This document shows positions 1 through 9,397 of a DNA stretch of 64,000 nucleotides, piece by piece. Positions within the stretch are counted from its first letter, which is position 1; every line of letters begins with the position of its first letter. The notes beneath the pieces are model-generated. The model was not told the origin of the DNA and searched no databases. It saw only the letters and a program-made list of their open reading frames with translations. The translations under genes and the position numbers were made by a program. The stretch is from Longimicrobiales bacterium (GTDB lineage Bacteria; Gemmatimonadota; Gemmatimonadetes; Longimicrobiales; Gaopeijiaceae). The DNA lies in contig OZ250165.1 of the NCBI GenBank assembly GCA_965238005.1, positions 1,216,001-1,280,000 of the forward strand, in the 5' to 3' direction.

Positions 1-1
1 C

Positions 2-532
2 TATCGGTTCTACCAGTTCTGGATGAACGTCGCTGACGGCGACGTCGTGCGATACCTCAAGTACTTCACGCTGCGGGACGCCAACGAGATCGCGGTCGAA
101 GAGGCGGAGTTGGCCGAGCGCCCGCACGAGAGGGCAGCCCATCGGAGGCTGGCGGAGGAGGTCACGAGGAGTGTCCACGGCGAGACGGGCCTGGCCGGCG
201 CCCAAGCGGCGACGGCCGTCCTCTTCGGGGGCGAGCTCACGGGCCTGGGGGCAGACGAGATTGCCGACATATTCGCCGACGTACCCTCCAGCGAGATACC
301 GCGGGCGGAGTTGGAAGGGGAGGGGAAAGGGATCCTCGACCTGCTGGCGTCGGCCGGGGTGGCGAGCTCACGGGGTGATGCCCGCCGCTCCATCGAGGGA
401 GGCGGTATCTATGTGAACAACGTCCGGGTTCAGGACGTGGAAGCCAAGGTCCGGCTCGAAGACGCCGTGGAGGGCCGCTTTCTGCTTCTGAGGAAAGGGA
501 AGAAGGCCTACCACACGGTACGCGTGGTCTAG
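2..532 (+). CDS. tyrS: Tyrosyl-tRNA synthetase, C-terminal part (5' end outside window)
   Basis: Open from base 2: YRFYQFWMNVADGDVVRYLKYFTL...AHRRLAEEVT..VHG, then S4 domain SSRGDARRSIEGGGIYVNN...LLRKGKK. Confidence 0.95.
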   Translation, partial: YRFYQFWMNVADGDVVRYLKYFTLRDANEIAVEEAELAERPHERAAHRRLAEEVTRSVHGETGLAGAQAATAVLFGGELTGLGADEIADIFADVPSSEIPRAELEGEGKGILDLLASAGVASSRGDARRSIEGGGIYVNNVRVQDVEAKVRLEDAVEGRFLLLRKGKKAYHTVRVV

Positions 533-1545
533 AACACGATCTGCCAGGAAGCGACCAAGGTCCGATCGGCTGACAGCTGGGGCCCGTTCAGATCCTCATG
601 GACCGGGTAATACCACTCGAGGGCGATCCGGTGGCCCCTCACCGCTCCGTCCCGGAAGTAGAGGTTGACGCCAAACGGGATGTAGGTCCGCTCGCCTCCC
701 TGGGCGAACGGGTTCGCGCTCGGATCCACCGTCCCGTCAGTGCGCGGATCGACACCCTCGACTTCTCCCTCGGTCTCGTAGAGGACCCGGGCCGATAGGC
801 TCAGCCAATCATTGAAGTTGTACGCACCCCAAGCCGTGAACTCGAACCGGTCACCGTAGCGATAGTTTTGCCCGTTGTTGACGGCGCGGATGGTGACATT
901 GGCATGCGCTCCGACGCTGGCCACCTCGTTCTGGGCGGTGAAACCCAGGCCTCCCAAGAAGTCCGGGGCCCCGGAGCCGGGCTGCATGGCGAAGGGCAGC
1001 ACGTCTCTGCCCGTGCCGGAGAACGGTGTCTCGTCCCGTTCACGGCTCTCACCGATCGGGATTGTGCTCCCCAGCAGGATATGCATCCTGTACTGGTCGA
1101 TCCTGAACAGGTCGATTAGAAAGCGGACGCTCGGGTCACCGATGTCGTTCGACGTCGTCTGGAAGAACTCGTCGTCCGTGAGGTTCAACATGCTGCTGCT
1201 GATGAACGGCATCGAGACGGAGACCGTGACGTTGTCGAGCAATCCCCAGCGCAGCTCCAAATCGTGCGTCTCTCTGTCGAGGGACAGGGGAGCCACGAAG
1301 AAGATGTCCAGGACCTCGTCAGAGAAGAACGGCGTTGTGCCGACGAGCGTCCCCTCGAAGCCCTCTCGGTAGTACCGATAACCGATGTAGAACTCGCCCT
1401 TTTCCAGGGTATAGTCGGCCAGGACCCCAACCGGGGCGTGCCCGTCCGGGCGGTCCGCCGACCACGCCGGCGTCTGGGCCAGAGCGGGAGTCACCGCCAA
1501 CAGGCTAGCCACTACCGCGCAGGCGGACACGATCTTGCGAGTCAT
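529..1545 (-). CDS. Outer-membrane beta-barrel, 'transporter' (MetA-pathway/phenol degradation-like) family
   Basis: Signal peptide, ADRPDGHAPVGV motif, MQPGSG motif, alternating beta-strand pattern, C-terminal Phe. Confidence 0.7.
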   Translation of the reverse strand: MTRKIVSACAVVASLLAVTPALAQTPAWSADRPDGHAPVGVLADYTLEKGEFYIGYRYYREGFEGTLVGTTPFFSDEVLDIFFVAPLSLDRETHDLELRWGLLDNVTVSVSMPFISSSMLNLTDDEFFQTTSNDIGDPSVRFLIDLFRIDQYRMHILLGSTIPIGESRERDETPFSGTGRDVLPFAMQPGSGAPDFLGGLGFTAQNEVASVGAHANVTIRAVNNGQNYRYGDRFEFTAWGAYNFNDWLSLSARVLYETEGEVEGVDPRTDGTVDPSANPFAQGGERTYIPFGVNLYFRDGAVRGHRIALEWYYPVHEDLNGPQLSADRTLVASWQIVF

Positions 1546-1685
1546 ATGTCCCTTCCTCGGGGAAGTCGAGATGTCTTGAACCCTTGAAAGATGCTGAGCC
1601 GGTTTTCAGGAAACAAGTGTTTCCTTCCCCGGGGCGTGGAGGTACCGAGGTCGAAAACGCTGTGCGATCAGTGCTGCGGGGGCCC

Positions 1686-4085
1686 TCAGACTCGTGTGGA
1701 GTCCCCGCTTTCCGGCGCGATGGGCGCTCGTAGCACCTCGTCCGGAATCGCGAACCCGTCCACGAGGAACACGGCTTGCTCCCTGATCTCGGAGCAGAGC
1801 TCGTTCACGAGCCATCGGATGGCACGTGTCTTGGCCGGCTCCATATAGCCGCTCTCGAGGTACCAGGCCCGGTTCGTCTCCATGGTGGCCAGGGCATAGA
1901 GCGTGGCCAGGCCATCCAAGGCCTCCGAGAGCCCGGGAGTCGGAGCACGCACGACAGCGTGCCGGAAGCGTTCCAGGACGAGGCGCTCGACGTGGGAGTG
2001 CGCCAGGGTAACGAGGTGGTCCTGCGTGCGGTTCATGGCGTCGAAGGAGTGCACACCGTCTTCCAGGAGATCCCTGAGACGCCTGGCCGCGGAGGTCAAT
2101 AGGCGATCCTCCCTGTATCGGAAGGCGGCCACGTGGAATTCGGGGTCCCGGAGGTGATCCTCGTCGGTTCTCCGAGTGACGACGGGGTTCATCTCCGTCA
2201 AACGCACTCCTGCCCGCTCGGCCACGTGTCGAAGCATCCCCCAGAGTCTCAGGTCTCCCAACTCGTCCCGATAGCCCGACAACAGCCCCTTCGCGACAAG
2301 TTGAAGCAACACGGGGTTGGCGCCCTCGAACGTGGTGAAGGCGTCGACATCGTTCCGCAGGACACCCAGGGGATTGGCCGCCAGATACCCCTGGCCGCCA
2401 CAGGCCTCCCGGCAGGCCTGGATCGTCGCCACCGCGGAGGCGGATGCGTAGGCCTTGAGACCGGCGGCGTCGACCTCCACCGCCCTGTCGGGCGTTCCTC
2501 CGTCGGGGCGTCCTTCTGACTCGGAGCCCTCTGCTGCCTTGGTCACCTCTCCGCCGGTCGTGTAACGCCTGATGAGGTCCCGGACCGCGAAGTGTAGTCC
2601 GTATGTGGTGGCGAGCCGGGGCAACAGGAGGCGTTGGTGGACCCGGTAGTCGAGGATCGGGGCCTCCTCCGAGCCGAACGGCCCGAACTGCCGGCGTCTA
2701 TCGCCGTAACGTATCGCCACGGTTAGGGCGGTCTTGGCGGCGCTCACGGACGCGGCCGCCACGCTCACCCGGCCGGCCACGAGCGTGCCCAGCATGGTGA
2801 AAAAGCGGCGACCGGAGCTCGGGATCGGGCTCGAGTAGACGCCTTCGGGGGTCACCTCGCCGAAGCGGTTGAGGAGGTTCCCCCTGGGGATCCGAACGTC
2901 GTGGAAGGACAGGGTCCCGTTGTCGACCCCGTTCAGGCCCACCTTGTCGTCCCGATCGGTGATGGTCACTCCGGGAAGAGGTTGGCCGTCACCGTCCCGG
3001 ATTGGAACCACGAAAGCGTGGACTCCGTGGGGCGTGCCGCCCACTTCCAACTGGGCGAAGACCGTGGCCATGCGGCCGTGGAGGGCCGCGTTCCCGATCC
3101 AGTCCTTTTTTGCGTCCGGCGAGGGGGTATGAACGACGAACTCTCCGGCGTCCGCGTCGTAGCGGGCGACCGTCTCGAGATCCCGAACGTTCGAGCCGTG
3201 CCCCGTCTCTGTCATCCCGTAACAGCCCGGAAGCTCCAGGGAGCCTATCCTGGCGAGGTACGCCTCGTGATGGTGCGCCGTGCCGAGCTGGAGGATGCTT
3301 CCACCCCAGAGCCCAAACTGTACCCCGAACTTGACCAGCACACTCAGGTCTCCGTAGGCCAGAGTCTCGAAGACCGTGATGGCCGCGCCCGGGTCGTCCC
3401 GGCCGCCGTAGGCCGCCGGGTACTCGAGGCTGCCCAGGCCCTCCCGCGCCAGTACCTGGAGCGCCTGGAGCACCCGCTCCCGGTACTCGCCTCTAGGCAG
3501 CCCCGCCGGCAGGGCCAGCTCGGGGGATTTCATGAGCTCGAGGACGCGGGTCCGTATGTCGACGTGCGTGTCGTTCAGGTACCAGCCGAGAGACTCAATC
3601 CAAAAGCGTGTGTGCCGGTGGCGCTCGCTGCGGGGGGGGCCGGAGACGCCCAACAGCTCTCGAACGGCTTCCGGCCCGGGTATCCCAAGGCGCTCCTCGG
3701 CCCGGGCGAGGGCCTCCGGCGCGCGATCCTCACTCCAGGGTCCCGCCGTCAGCCCCGCCCCGCGGATCAGCTCGAGCCCCAGGCCTGCAAGCGAATCGGG
3801 CACGCGCCGGTCTTCGGGCCACCAGCTCCGGACGATCTCGCGCAGCTCCACGACGGCCGTCGGGGTCGGTGGTGAGTCGGGACGGAGCCAGCTCCTGAGG
3901 ATCTCCCGGCCTTCAGTATCGAGCCATTCCTGGTCCTCCAGCCCCTCGCACAGGACCAGCAGCTCGTCGGGGGTCAGAACGCCGTCGCTCCAGACCATCT
4001 GGATCATGGGCAGGAATGCCAGCAGATCCAGGCGGTGGGACGGCCAGACGGGCGGGCCTTCGGGAGGCCGAGTCATGTCGGTCAT
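1686..4085 (-). CDS. Acyl-CoA oxidase/dehydrogenase with N-terminal TerB-like helical extension
   Basis: GCYGMTETGHGSNV, KDWIGN, KVGLNGVDNG, REACGGQGY, TFEGAN motifs; N-terminal VWSDGVLTPDE; start moved to ATG 4085. Confidence 0.9.
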   Translation of the reverse strand: MTDMTRPPEGPPVWPSHRLDLLAFLPMIQMVWSDGVLTPDELLVLCEGLEDQEWLDTEGREILRSWLRPDSPPTPTAVVELREIVRSWWPEDRRVPDSLAGLGLELIRGAGLTAGPWSEDRAPEALARAEERLGIPGPEAVRELLGVSGPPRSERHRHTRFWIESLGWYLNDTHVDIRTRVLELMKSPELALPAGLPRGEYRERVLQALQVLAREGLGSLEYPAAYGGRDDPGAAITVFETLAYGDLSVLVKFGVQFGLWGGSILQLGTAHHHEAYLARIGSLELPGCYGMTETGHGSNVRDLETVARYDADAGEFVVHTPSPDAKKDWIGNAALHGRMATVFAQLEVGGTPHGVHAFVVPIRDGDGQPLPGVTITDRDDKVGLNGVDNGTLSFHDVRIPRGNLLNRFGEVTPEGVYSSPIPSSGRRFFTMLGTLVAGRVSVAAASVSAAKTALTVAIRYGDRRRQFGPFGSEEAPILDYRVHQRLLLPRLATTYGLHFAVRDLIRRYTTGGEVTKAAEGSESEGRPDGGTPDRAVEVDAAGLKAYASASAVATIQACREACGGQGYLAANPLGVLRNDVDAFTTFEGANPVLLQLVAKGLLSGYRDELGDLRLWGMLRHVAERAGVRLTEMNPVVTRRTDEDHLRDPEFHVAAFRYREDRLLTSAARRLRDLLEDGVHSFDAMNRTQDHLVTLAHSHVERLVLERFRHAVVRAPTPGLSEALDGLATLYALATMETNRAWYLESGYMEPAKTRAIRWLVNELCSEIREQAVFLVDGFAIPDEVLRAPIAPESGDSTRV

Positions 4086-4177
4086 GGTGCCCGCGAGTGT
4101 AGGCGACGAGGCCGTCATTGTCGAGACGCTGCCGTGCCCTATTGACCCGCGTCCACGCCCAACCCAAGCTCCCTCCC

Positions 4178-4678
4178 ATGAATGACTCCAAGCCACTCGT
4201 GGGCGTGGTCATGGGCTCCCGGTCCGACTGGGAGATCATGAGTCGGGCCGTAGAAGCACTGGAGAGCCTCGGGATCCCTCACGAGGTCCGGGTCATCTCC
4301 GGTCACCGCACTCCGGACCTCTGCATCGAGTACGCTTCGACTGCGGAAGAGCGAGGACTCGAGGTCATCATCGCCGGCGCCGGCGGGGCGGCCCACCTGG
4401 CAGGGATGATGGCGGCCAAGACCGTCGTCCCAGTCCTGGGCGTCCCCACCAAGGGATGGGCCCTGGACGGACTGGACTCCCTTCTGTCCATCGTTCAGAT
4501 GCCGGCGGGCATCCCGGTGGGGACGTTCGCCATCGGCAAGCCGGGGGCGACCAATGCCGCGCTTCTGGCCGGTGAGATGCTAGGCAACAAGTTCCCGGAG
4601 ATTCGGGAGGCCGTTCGGCGCTACCGTGCCGAGCGCACCCTGAAGGTACTGGACGAAGGGGATCCCCGAGAGGGGTAG
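4178..4678 (+). CDS. purE: N5-CAIR mutase
   Basis: [45 protein letters not shown]. Confidence 0.97.
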   Translation: MNDSKPLVGVVMGSRSDWEIMSRAVEALESLGIPHEVRVISGHRTPDLCIEYASTAEERGLEVIIAGAGGAAHLAGMMAAKTVVPVLGVPTKGWALDGLDSLLSIVQMPAGIPVGTFAIGKPGATNAALLAGEMLGNKFPEIREAVRRYRAERTLKVLDEGDPREG

Positions 4679-4714
4679 CACCCGCCAAGCGTCGGGTAGC
4701 ACCCTTCGACGGGA

Positions 4715-5116
4715 CCTCCTGAAACCTTCTTCCTGGGAGATCTCCTCGAGGGGTACCAGGACTTCGTCGTTCCCGAGAGAGGCGCCGGGGCCGCCCGTGT
4801 GTGGCTATGGGCCACGGCTTTCCGTTGAGCCGCCCTCGGCTTCGCTCAGGCCATCGAGCCGGGCTTCGCGCGCCGAGCGCCAGACGCACCGCGATCTTGT
4901 GGCCGTGGGCCGGGGGAGGAGGAGTACGACACCCTGGGCTGCAACGTGCTCGCGGTCGCGCCGCGCCTATGCGTCGTAGCCGAGGGGAGTCCCGAGACGG
5001 GGCGACGGATGGAGGCTGCAGGCGCCGAGGTTCACGTGTTCGAGGCAGCCGAGATCTGCGTCAAAGGCTCGGGCGGGCCCACGTGCCTCACCCGGATCCT
5101 CGAGCGCGAGAGATAG
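4715..5116 (+). pseudogene. C-terminal remnant of an amidinotransferase/arginine deiminase-family enzyme, apparently split by a ~141-bp insert
   Basis: 4916-5116 reads EEEYDTLGCNVLAVAP...EICVKGSGGPTCLTRIL*; same-frame upstream piece FFLGDLLEGYQDFVVPE at 4715-4777; no N-terminus. Confidence 0.7.
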
Positions 5117-5316
5117 GCCGCGATACCCTGCGACCCTACGGTCCGCCGGGAGCAGGTAGGTCGTGTCGACCGCGGATGCTCTTTCGTTCCAACTGGGCGA
5201 GGTGCTAACTTGAGCGCGCGGGCCGCTCCTCGGGACCGGACCGGAGTGGGCTGCTTTCTTCGCCGGGGGCCACCCAGGCCCACCTGTTTCAGCATTGCCT
5301 TCAGGACCGGTGCCTC

Positions 5317-5805
5317 ATGTTGGATGAGATTCGCGAGAAAATCGAAGCGGAGATCGAGCTGCTGACACACGAGCTCAACGTCCTTCTCCCGGAACGCATT
5401 CAAAAGGCCGTTGAGCTGGGCGACCTGCGCGAGAACGCCGAGTACAAGTCCTCCCTCGAGCGACAGCAGTTCGTCCAAGCTCGCATCGGCCACCTTGCCA
5501 GCCGCATGTCCGAGCTCTCGAAGATCGACGTCGATGCCATGCCCGCCGATCGAGTGGGCTTCGGGTCGAAGGTCGAGATCCACGACCTGGCCCTGGACGA
5601 GGTGAAGCAGCTGACCATCGTAGCCGGTGACTTCATGGATCTGGACGGGGGACAGGTCTCCATGGCCTCACCCATCGGTCGTGGGCTCATGGGAGCCCGT
5701 CAGGCCGAGGAGGTGACCATCGAGCTACCGATGGGCGAGCGGCGCTTCAAGGTGCTCGACCTTGTCACGTTGCCCGAGCAGCTCAAGGGTGGTGACGGAA
5801 GCTGA
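5317..5805 (+). CDS. greA: GreA/GreB transcription elongation factor
   Basis: GDLRENAEY acidic tip, VGFGSKV, SMASPIGRGLMG. Confidence 0.92.
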   Translation: MLDEIREKIEAEIELLTHELNVLLPERIQKAVELGDLRENAEYKSSLERQQFVQARIGHLASRMSELSKIDVDAMPADRVGFGSKVEIHDLALDEVKQLTIVAGDFMDLDGGQVSMASPIGRGLMGARQAEEVTIELPMGERRFKVLDLVTLPEQLKGGDGS

Positions 5806-5889
5806 TCGCTGACCGCGGTGGCTGAACACTTCCCGCTGGCTTCGGCTTGTCCTCCTCGGTTCGTTGATCATCAGCAGCGGTGGATTCGA

Positions 5890-5929
5890 CAGAGGTGGTT
5901 GACCCTATGCAGAGGTGGTTGACCCTATG
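5890..5929. repeat. Perfect 20-bp tandem duplication CAGAGGTGGTTGACCCTATG x2
   Basis: Seen directly, intergenic. Confidence 0.95.
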
Positions 5930-6065
5930 TCGAGGGCCGAGTAGGAAGGCGCACGCCAGGCAACGCCGGCCGGAGGCAAAGACGCTGGATCCACACCGGG
6001 GGCTCCTGGGTACCGGGTCTTGGACCGGCGCCCCGCCGTTCCACCACCGATACGCAGGAGGATCC

Positions 6066-6644
6066 GTGGTCAAGACCGCATCGACGATGGCCCCCATCGG
6101 TACGCAGGCTCCAGGGTTCGCGCTTCCCGACACCCACGGTGGAACCGTCTCACTCGACGACTTGGCAGACGCACCGGGTCTGCTCGTGGTCTTCCTCTGC
6201 AACCATTGCCCGTTCGTGAAGCACCTGCGTGCCGAGCTCGCCGACTTCGCTCGGGTGTACCAGGAGAAGGGGCTCGCCGTGGTGGGCATCAACTCCAACG
6301 ACGTCGAGACCTATCCGGAGGACAGTCCCGAGATGATGGCTCGTGAGGTGGAGGAGGTGGGGTACACCTTCCCGTACCTGTTCGACGAGGATCAGTCGGT
6401 GGCGAAGGCCTATGCCGCCGCCTGCACGCCTGACTTCTTTCTCTTCGATGGAGAGCGCCGCCTGGTCTATCGAGGGCAGTTCGACGACAGCCGACCGGGC
6501 AACGGCGTGCCCGTGACCGGGCATGACTTGAGGACGGCGACCGATGCTCTGCTGGAAGGAAGGCCCATCTCGGGCGAGCATCGGTCCAGCGTCGGCTGCA
6601 ACATAAAATGGAAGCCGGGAAACGCGCCGGCCTACTTCGGCTGA
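6066..6644 (+). CDS. Thioredoxin-fold AhpC/TSA-like protein
   Basis: AGGAGG then GTG; APGFALPD, CNHCPFV, ACTPDFF, YRGQFDDSRPG, SVGCNIKWK. Confidence 0.92.
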   Translation: MVKTASTMAPIGTQAPGFALPDTHGGTVSLDDLADAPGLLVVFLCNHCPFVKHLRAELADFARVYQEKGLAVVGINSNDVETYPEDSPEMMAREVEEVGYTFPYLFDEDQSVAKAYAAACTPDFFLFDGERRLVYRGQFDDSRPGNGVPVTGHDLRTATDALLEGRPISGEHRSSVGCNIKWKPGNAPAYFG

Positions 6645-6682
6645 AACATACGCCTGGGCCATCCCGCGGGAGGCCCACCAGC

Positions 6683-6729
6683 AAAAAACAACGCGCCGTC
6701 GGGTCAGCCGGCCCGACGGCGCGTTTCTT
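6683..6729 (-). terminator. Intrinsic terminator, strongest on the minus strand, probably bidirectional
   Basis: 14-bp perfect stem 6690-6703/6712-6725, then GTTTTTT on the minus strand and TCTTC on the plus strand. Confidence 0.85.
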
Positions 6730-6788
6730 CTGTCGCAACCCGGCGCGATGGCCGCTTATGGCGCGAACAGCTGAAGCCGATTCGGCTC

Positions 6789-6851
6789 CTACAGACCGAA
6801 ACGGCGATCGCTTGCCCTTGCCAGGCTGGACAGGCTACTTGGACTAGACAA
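6789..6851 (-). other. Candidate 20-aa small ORF (MSSPSSLSSLARASDRRFGL) or structured RNA behind an extended Shine-Dalgarno
   Basis: Minus strand TAAGGAGGTGATC-AA-TTG; GGAGG to TTG spacing 7 nt; TAG at 6791-6789. Confidence 0.5.
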
Positions 6852-6977
6852 TTGATCACCTCCTTATTTCGGTTCGACTGTGGGCGTATCGCCGGCGGGC
6901 TCCGGGACCCGCGGTCCGCGTCCTTTCCCCCTCACTTGGGGGGCCGGGGCGGCCCAGACCGTCCAAAGGTCAACGCC

Positions 6978-7006
6978 AACCTACGGGGCCGACCCGATGA
7001 GATCAA
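6978..7006 (-). promoter_or_regulatory. Putative sigma70 promoter for the small transcript
   Basis: TTGATC-17 nt-TAGGTT on the minus strand. Confidence 0.55.
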
Positions 7007-7061
7007 GAGGAAATCAACCACGGCGTGTAGTACGCCGTGACACCACTACATACGGGATCCG

Positions 7062-7733
7062 TCAAGCATTGCGGTACGAACGGTGGAATAGCCAGGCGCT
7101 GGCCAGTACGGCGACGGTGATCCAAAGGCTCCCCCAGACCACCGTATGTATGCCCGTCAGATCGCCGAGCATGGCGGCGTCGGACTGGAGCTCGGGCCGG
7201 TCCAGGATGTCGCTCTTGATGTCGAGGATGGCGTAGAGGCAGCTCGTCAGCCCGAGCGTGAGAAGGATCCCTTGATTGACGGCCGCCGACAGCTTGGCAG
7301 CCCCGATGACGAGGGCCAGGCCGAAGGCCAACCCGAACCCGAACCCGAACGTGCTTCGGACGTAAGCGAGGGTAAGGGCGATAACCAGGATGCCGACAGC
7401 TCCCGTCACCCAGCGGCTGTTGATGCGCTTGGCCTGTCCCGCGGTGACGAGGAGGCCACCCCAGGCCAGGCTGCCGAGATACTCGGCTGTTAGGGTCGCA
7501 AATGCATTCCCGCCTGGGCAGTAACAAGCACCGCCCTGATTGGGGTCGAGGACGATCCGCTCGATGGTCCCACCCGTCGCCACGGCCACGAGGGCGTGGC
7601 TGATCTCGTGGAGCAGGACTACGAAGACCTTCAACGGATACACGGCGGCGGTGTCCCACAGGAACCAGAGCGCACTGAAGTAGGCGGCAAAGCCACCGAG
7701 GAACGCGAGCTTACGCTTGGTCTGAGCCTTCAT
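7062..7733 (-). CDS. M50B-family membrane metallopeptidase
   Basis: VLLHEISHAL motif, several TM segments, QSDAAML motif. Confidence 0.88.
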   Translation of the reverse strand: MKAQTKRKLAFLGGFAAYFSALWFLWDTAAVYPLKVFVVLLHEISHALVAVATGGTIERIVLDPNQGGACYCPGGNAFATLTAEYLGSLAWGGLLVTAGQAKRINSRWVTGAVGILVIALTLAYVRSTFGFGFGLAFGLALVIGAAKLSAAVNQGILLTLGLTSCLYAILDIKSDILDRPELQSDAAMLGDLTGIHTVVWGSLWITVAVLASAWLFHRSYRNA

Positions 7734-7775
7734 GTGTTCCTTCTACGGCCCCGACCCCTCCAGTGTTTCGCTCGG

Positions 7776-8760
7776 CTACGAGCCGGGTGCCAGTTCGATG
7801 GGGTAGGCGAACTCGAACAGCGACCTCAGTTCGGCTAGCTCGTTTGCGAGCGATGGCGGCGCTCTGGGCCGTCGAGCCCAGAGCCGCCCGGGCGGCCTCC
7901 TTCACCTGGGAGGGAGAGAGATCCGGCGCGAAGCCGAAGGCGGTGCTCCAGCGGAGTGCTCGATCGCCCCACTCGCGATTGATCGCAACCAGCTCCGCTT
8001 CGGGGATCGAGACGTCGAGCTCCTGGGCCTGCTCCAGGGACGCGCGCTCCCGGGCCTGGTCCAGTGATCCCAAGAGGCTCGCCACTTCCAGGACCACGGT
8101 CGGCCGGGCTTCCTCGAAGGGCACGATCTCCCTCTGCTCGAGACGGAGGACGTGGAATCCGTACTGGGTCTCGACCACGGGGCTGATCTCTCCCACCTCC
8201 CCGGCCAGAGCCGCGTTCCAGAACTCCGACACCCACGATCCCTCGCGACCGGGCTGGAGCAGGCCCTGGCGTCCTTCCGCTCCGGGCTCCTCGGAGAGCT
8301 CTGCGGCGACCTCGGGGAAGGGGTCCCCCTCTCGGAGGCGTTGGAGGGCGGCCACAGCCTTGCGTCGGGCTTCAGCGCGGTGTGATTGGGGCCGCCAGCG
8401 CTCCGAGAAGAAGAGAACGTGCCGAACGGTGAGCTCCATGGCGGGATTGGTCAGGTAGTGAGCCCTGAGCTGTTCGTCCTCGACTTTTCCGTTCTTCAGC
8501 ATGAGCTCGGCTGCGACATGCGTGAGCAGCGCCTCCTCTCTGGAGCGTTCGAGGAGGGGCGCGAGTACGACCAGCGTCTCTCCGCGGGCCGTGGACAGGC
8601 CGAAAGCGGTGAGCGTGGCGAGCTCGAGCCGACGTGCCTCGTTGAGGCCGAGAAGCTCGCTTTCAGCGAAGGCGACAGCGCCGACCGTCAGGGCGGGTGG
8701 CTCGCTGCCGCACGCGGTGACGGCTACCAGGACCAGGGCCGAGCAGGCTCGCCTATACAC
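7776..8760 (-). CDS. Parvulin/PrsA-like peptidyl-prolyl isomerase lipoprotein, probable 1-nt frameshift near the C-terminus
   Basis: VTAC lipobox, VRHVL, FPEVAAELSEEPG, ISPVVETQYGFHVL; removing one A at 7843-7845 gives RNELAELRSLFEFAYPIELAPGS* and removes the overlap with the next gene. Confidence 0.8.
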
Positions 8761-8889
8761 GCACTCCCCTCCAGGTTTCATGGCATGGGTGTCATCGACC
8801 TCGGCGGAGGCACTTGCCGGGGTGGTGACCCGACAGACACGTTATCGCCCACACGCGTGCTTCGAGCACTTCCCAACTGGGAGCCGATC

Positions 8890-9397
8890 GTGACGCCTTC
8901 ACTCCTCGCACCTGTTCGAGGCCCGTTCCGGGCGCTGGCCGCATCCATCGTTCCGGAGGCGGCCACCCTCGACGAAGCCGGCTGGCAAGAAGCCGAAGGC
9001 ATCGTCTCGGGGGCGCTCGCCATGCGACCCGAGGCCATGGTCCGCCAGCTGCTTCTTTTCATTCGTCTCGCCAACTGGCTGGCCCTGCTCCCGTACGGAC
9101 GGCCCTTCACTCGCTTGGGGCCTGCCGCACGCAGGGCTCACCTCACCAGGCTCGAGAATGCCCCCTTGCTCTTGATCAGGCGGGGCTTCTGGGGGCTCCG
9201 AACCCTCGTGTTCATGGGTTATTACGGCCAGGATCGTGTGCGGAAGGAGCTGGGTTACAGGGCTTCGGCGGCGGGTTGGAGCGGGCGCTCGGGGCGCGAC
9301 GGAGAGGCCGATGGGGACTCGCCACCGTTGAGCGAGCACCGCTATGACGTAGTCGTGATCGGCTCCGGGGCTGGCGGTGGAACGGTGGCTCAAAGAG
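8890..9397 (+). pseudogene. Gluconate-2-dehydrogenase subunit 3-like protein reading in frame into the first ~23 codons of a GMC oxidoreductase, then truncated
   Basis: RRGFWGLRTLVFMGYYG...LGY; then YDVVVIGSGAGGGTVA (FAD-binding motif) breaking off at ~9395. Confidence 0.75.

Noticed and set aside
5890..5929. CRISPR array
   Set aside because: Two adjacent units with no spacer and no cas genes; no repeat-spacer array was seen anywhere in the window
6854..6866. GATCACCTCCTTA as a 16S rRNA gene remnant
   Set aside because: No helix-45 or other 16S sequence precedes it; the context fits a minus-strand SD instead
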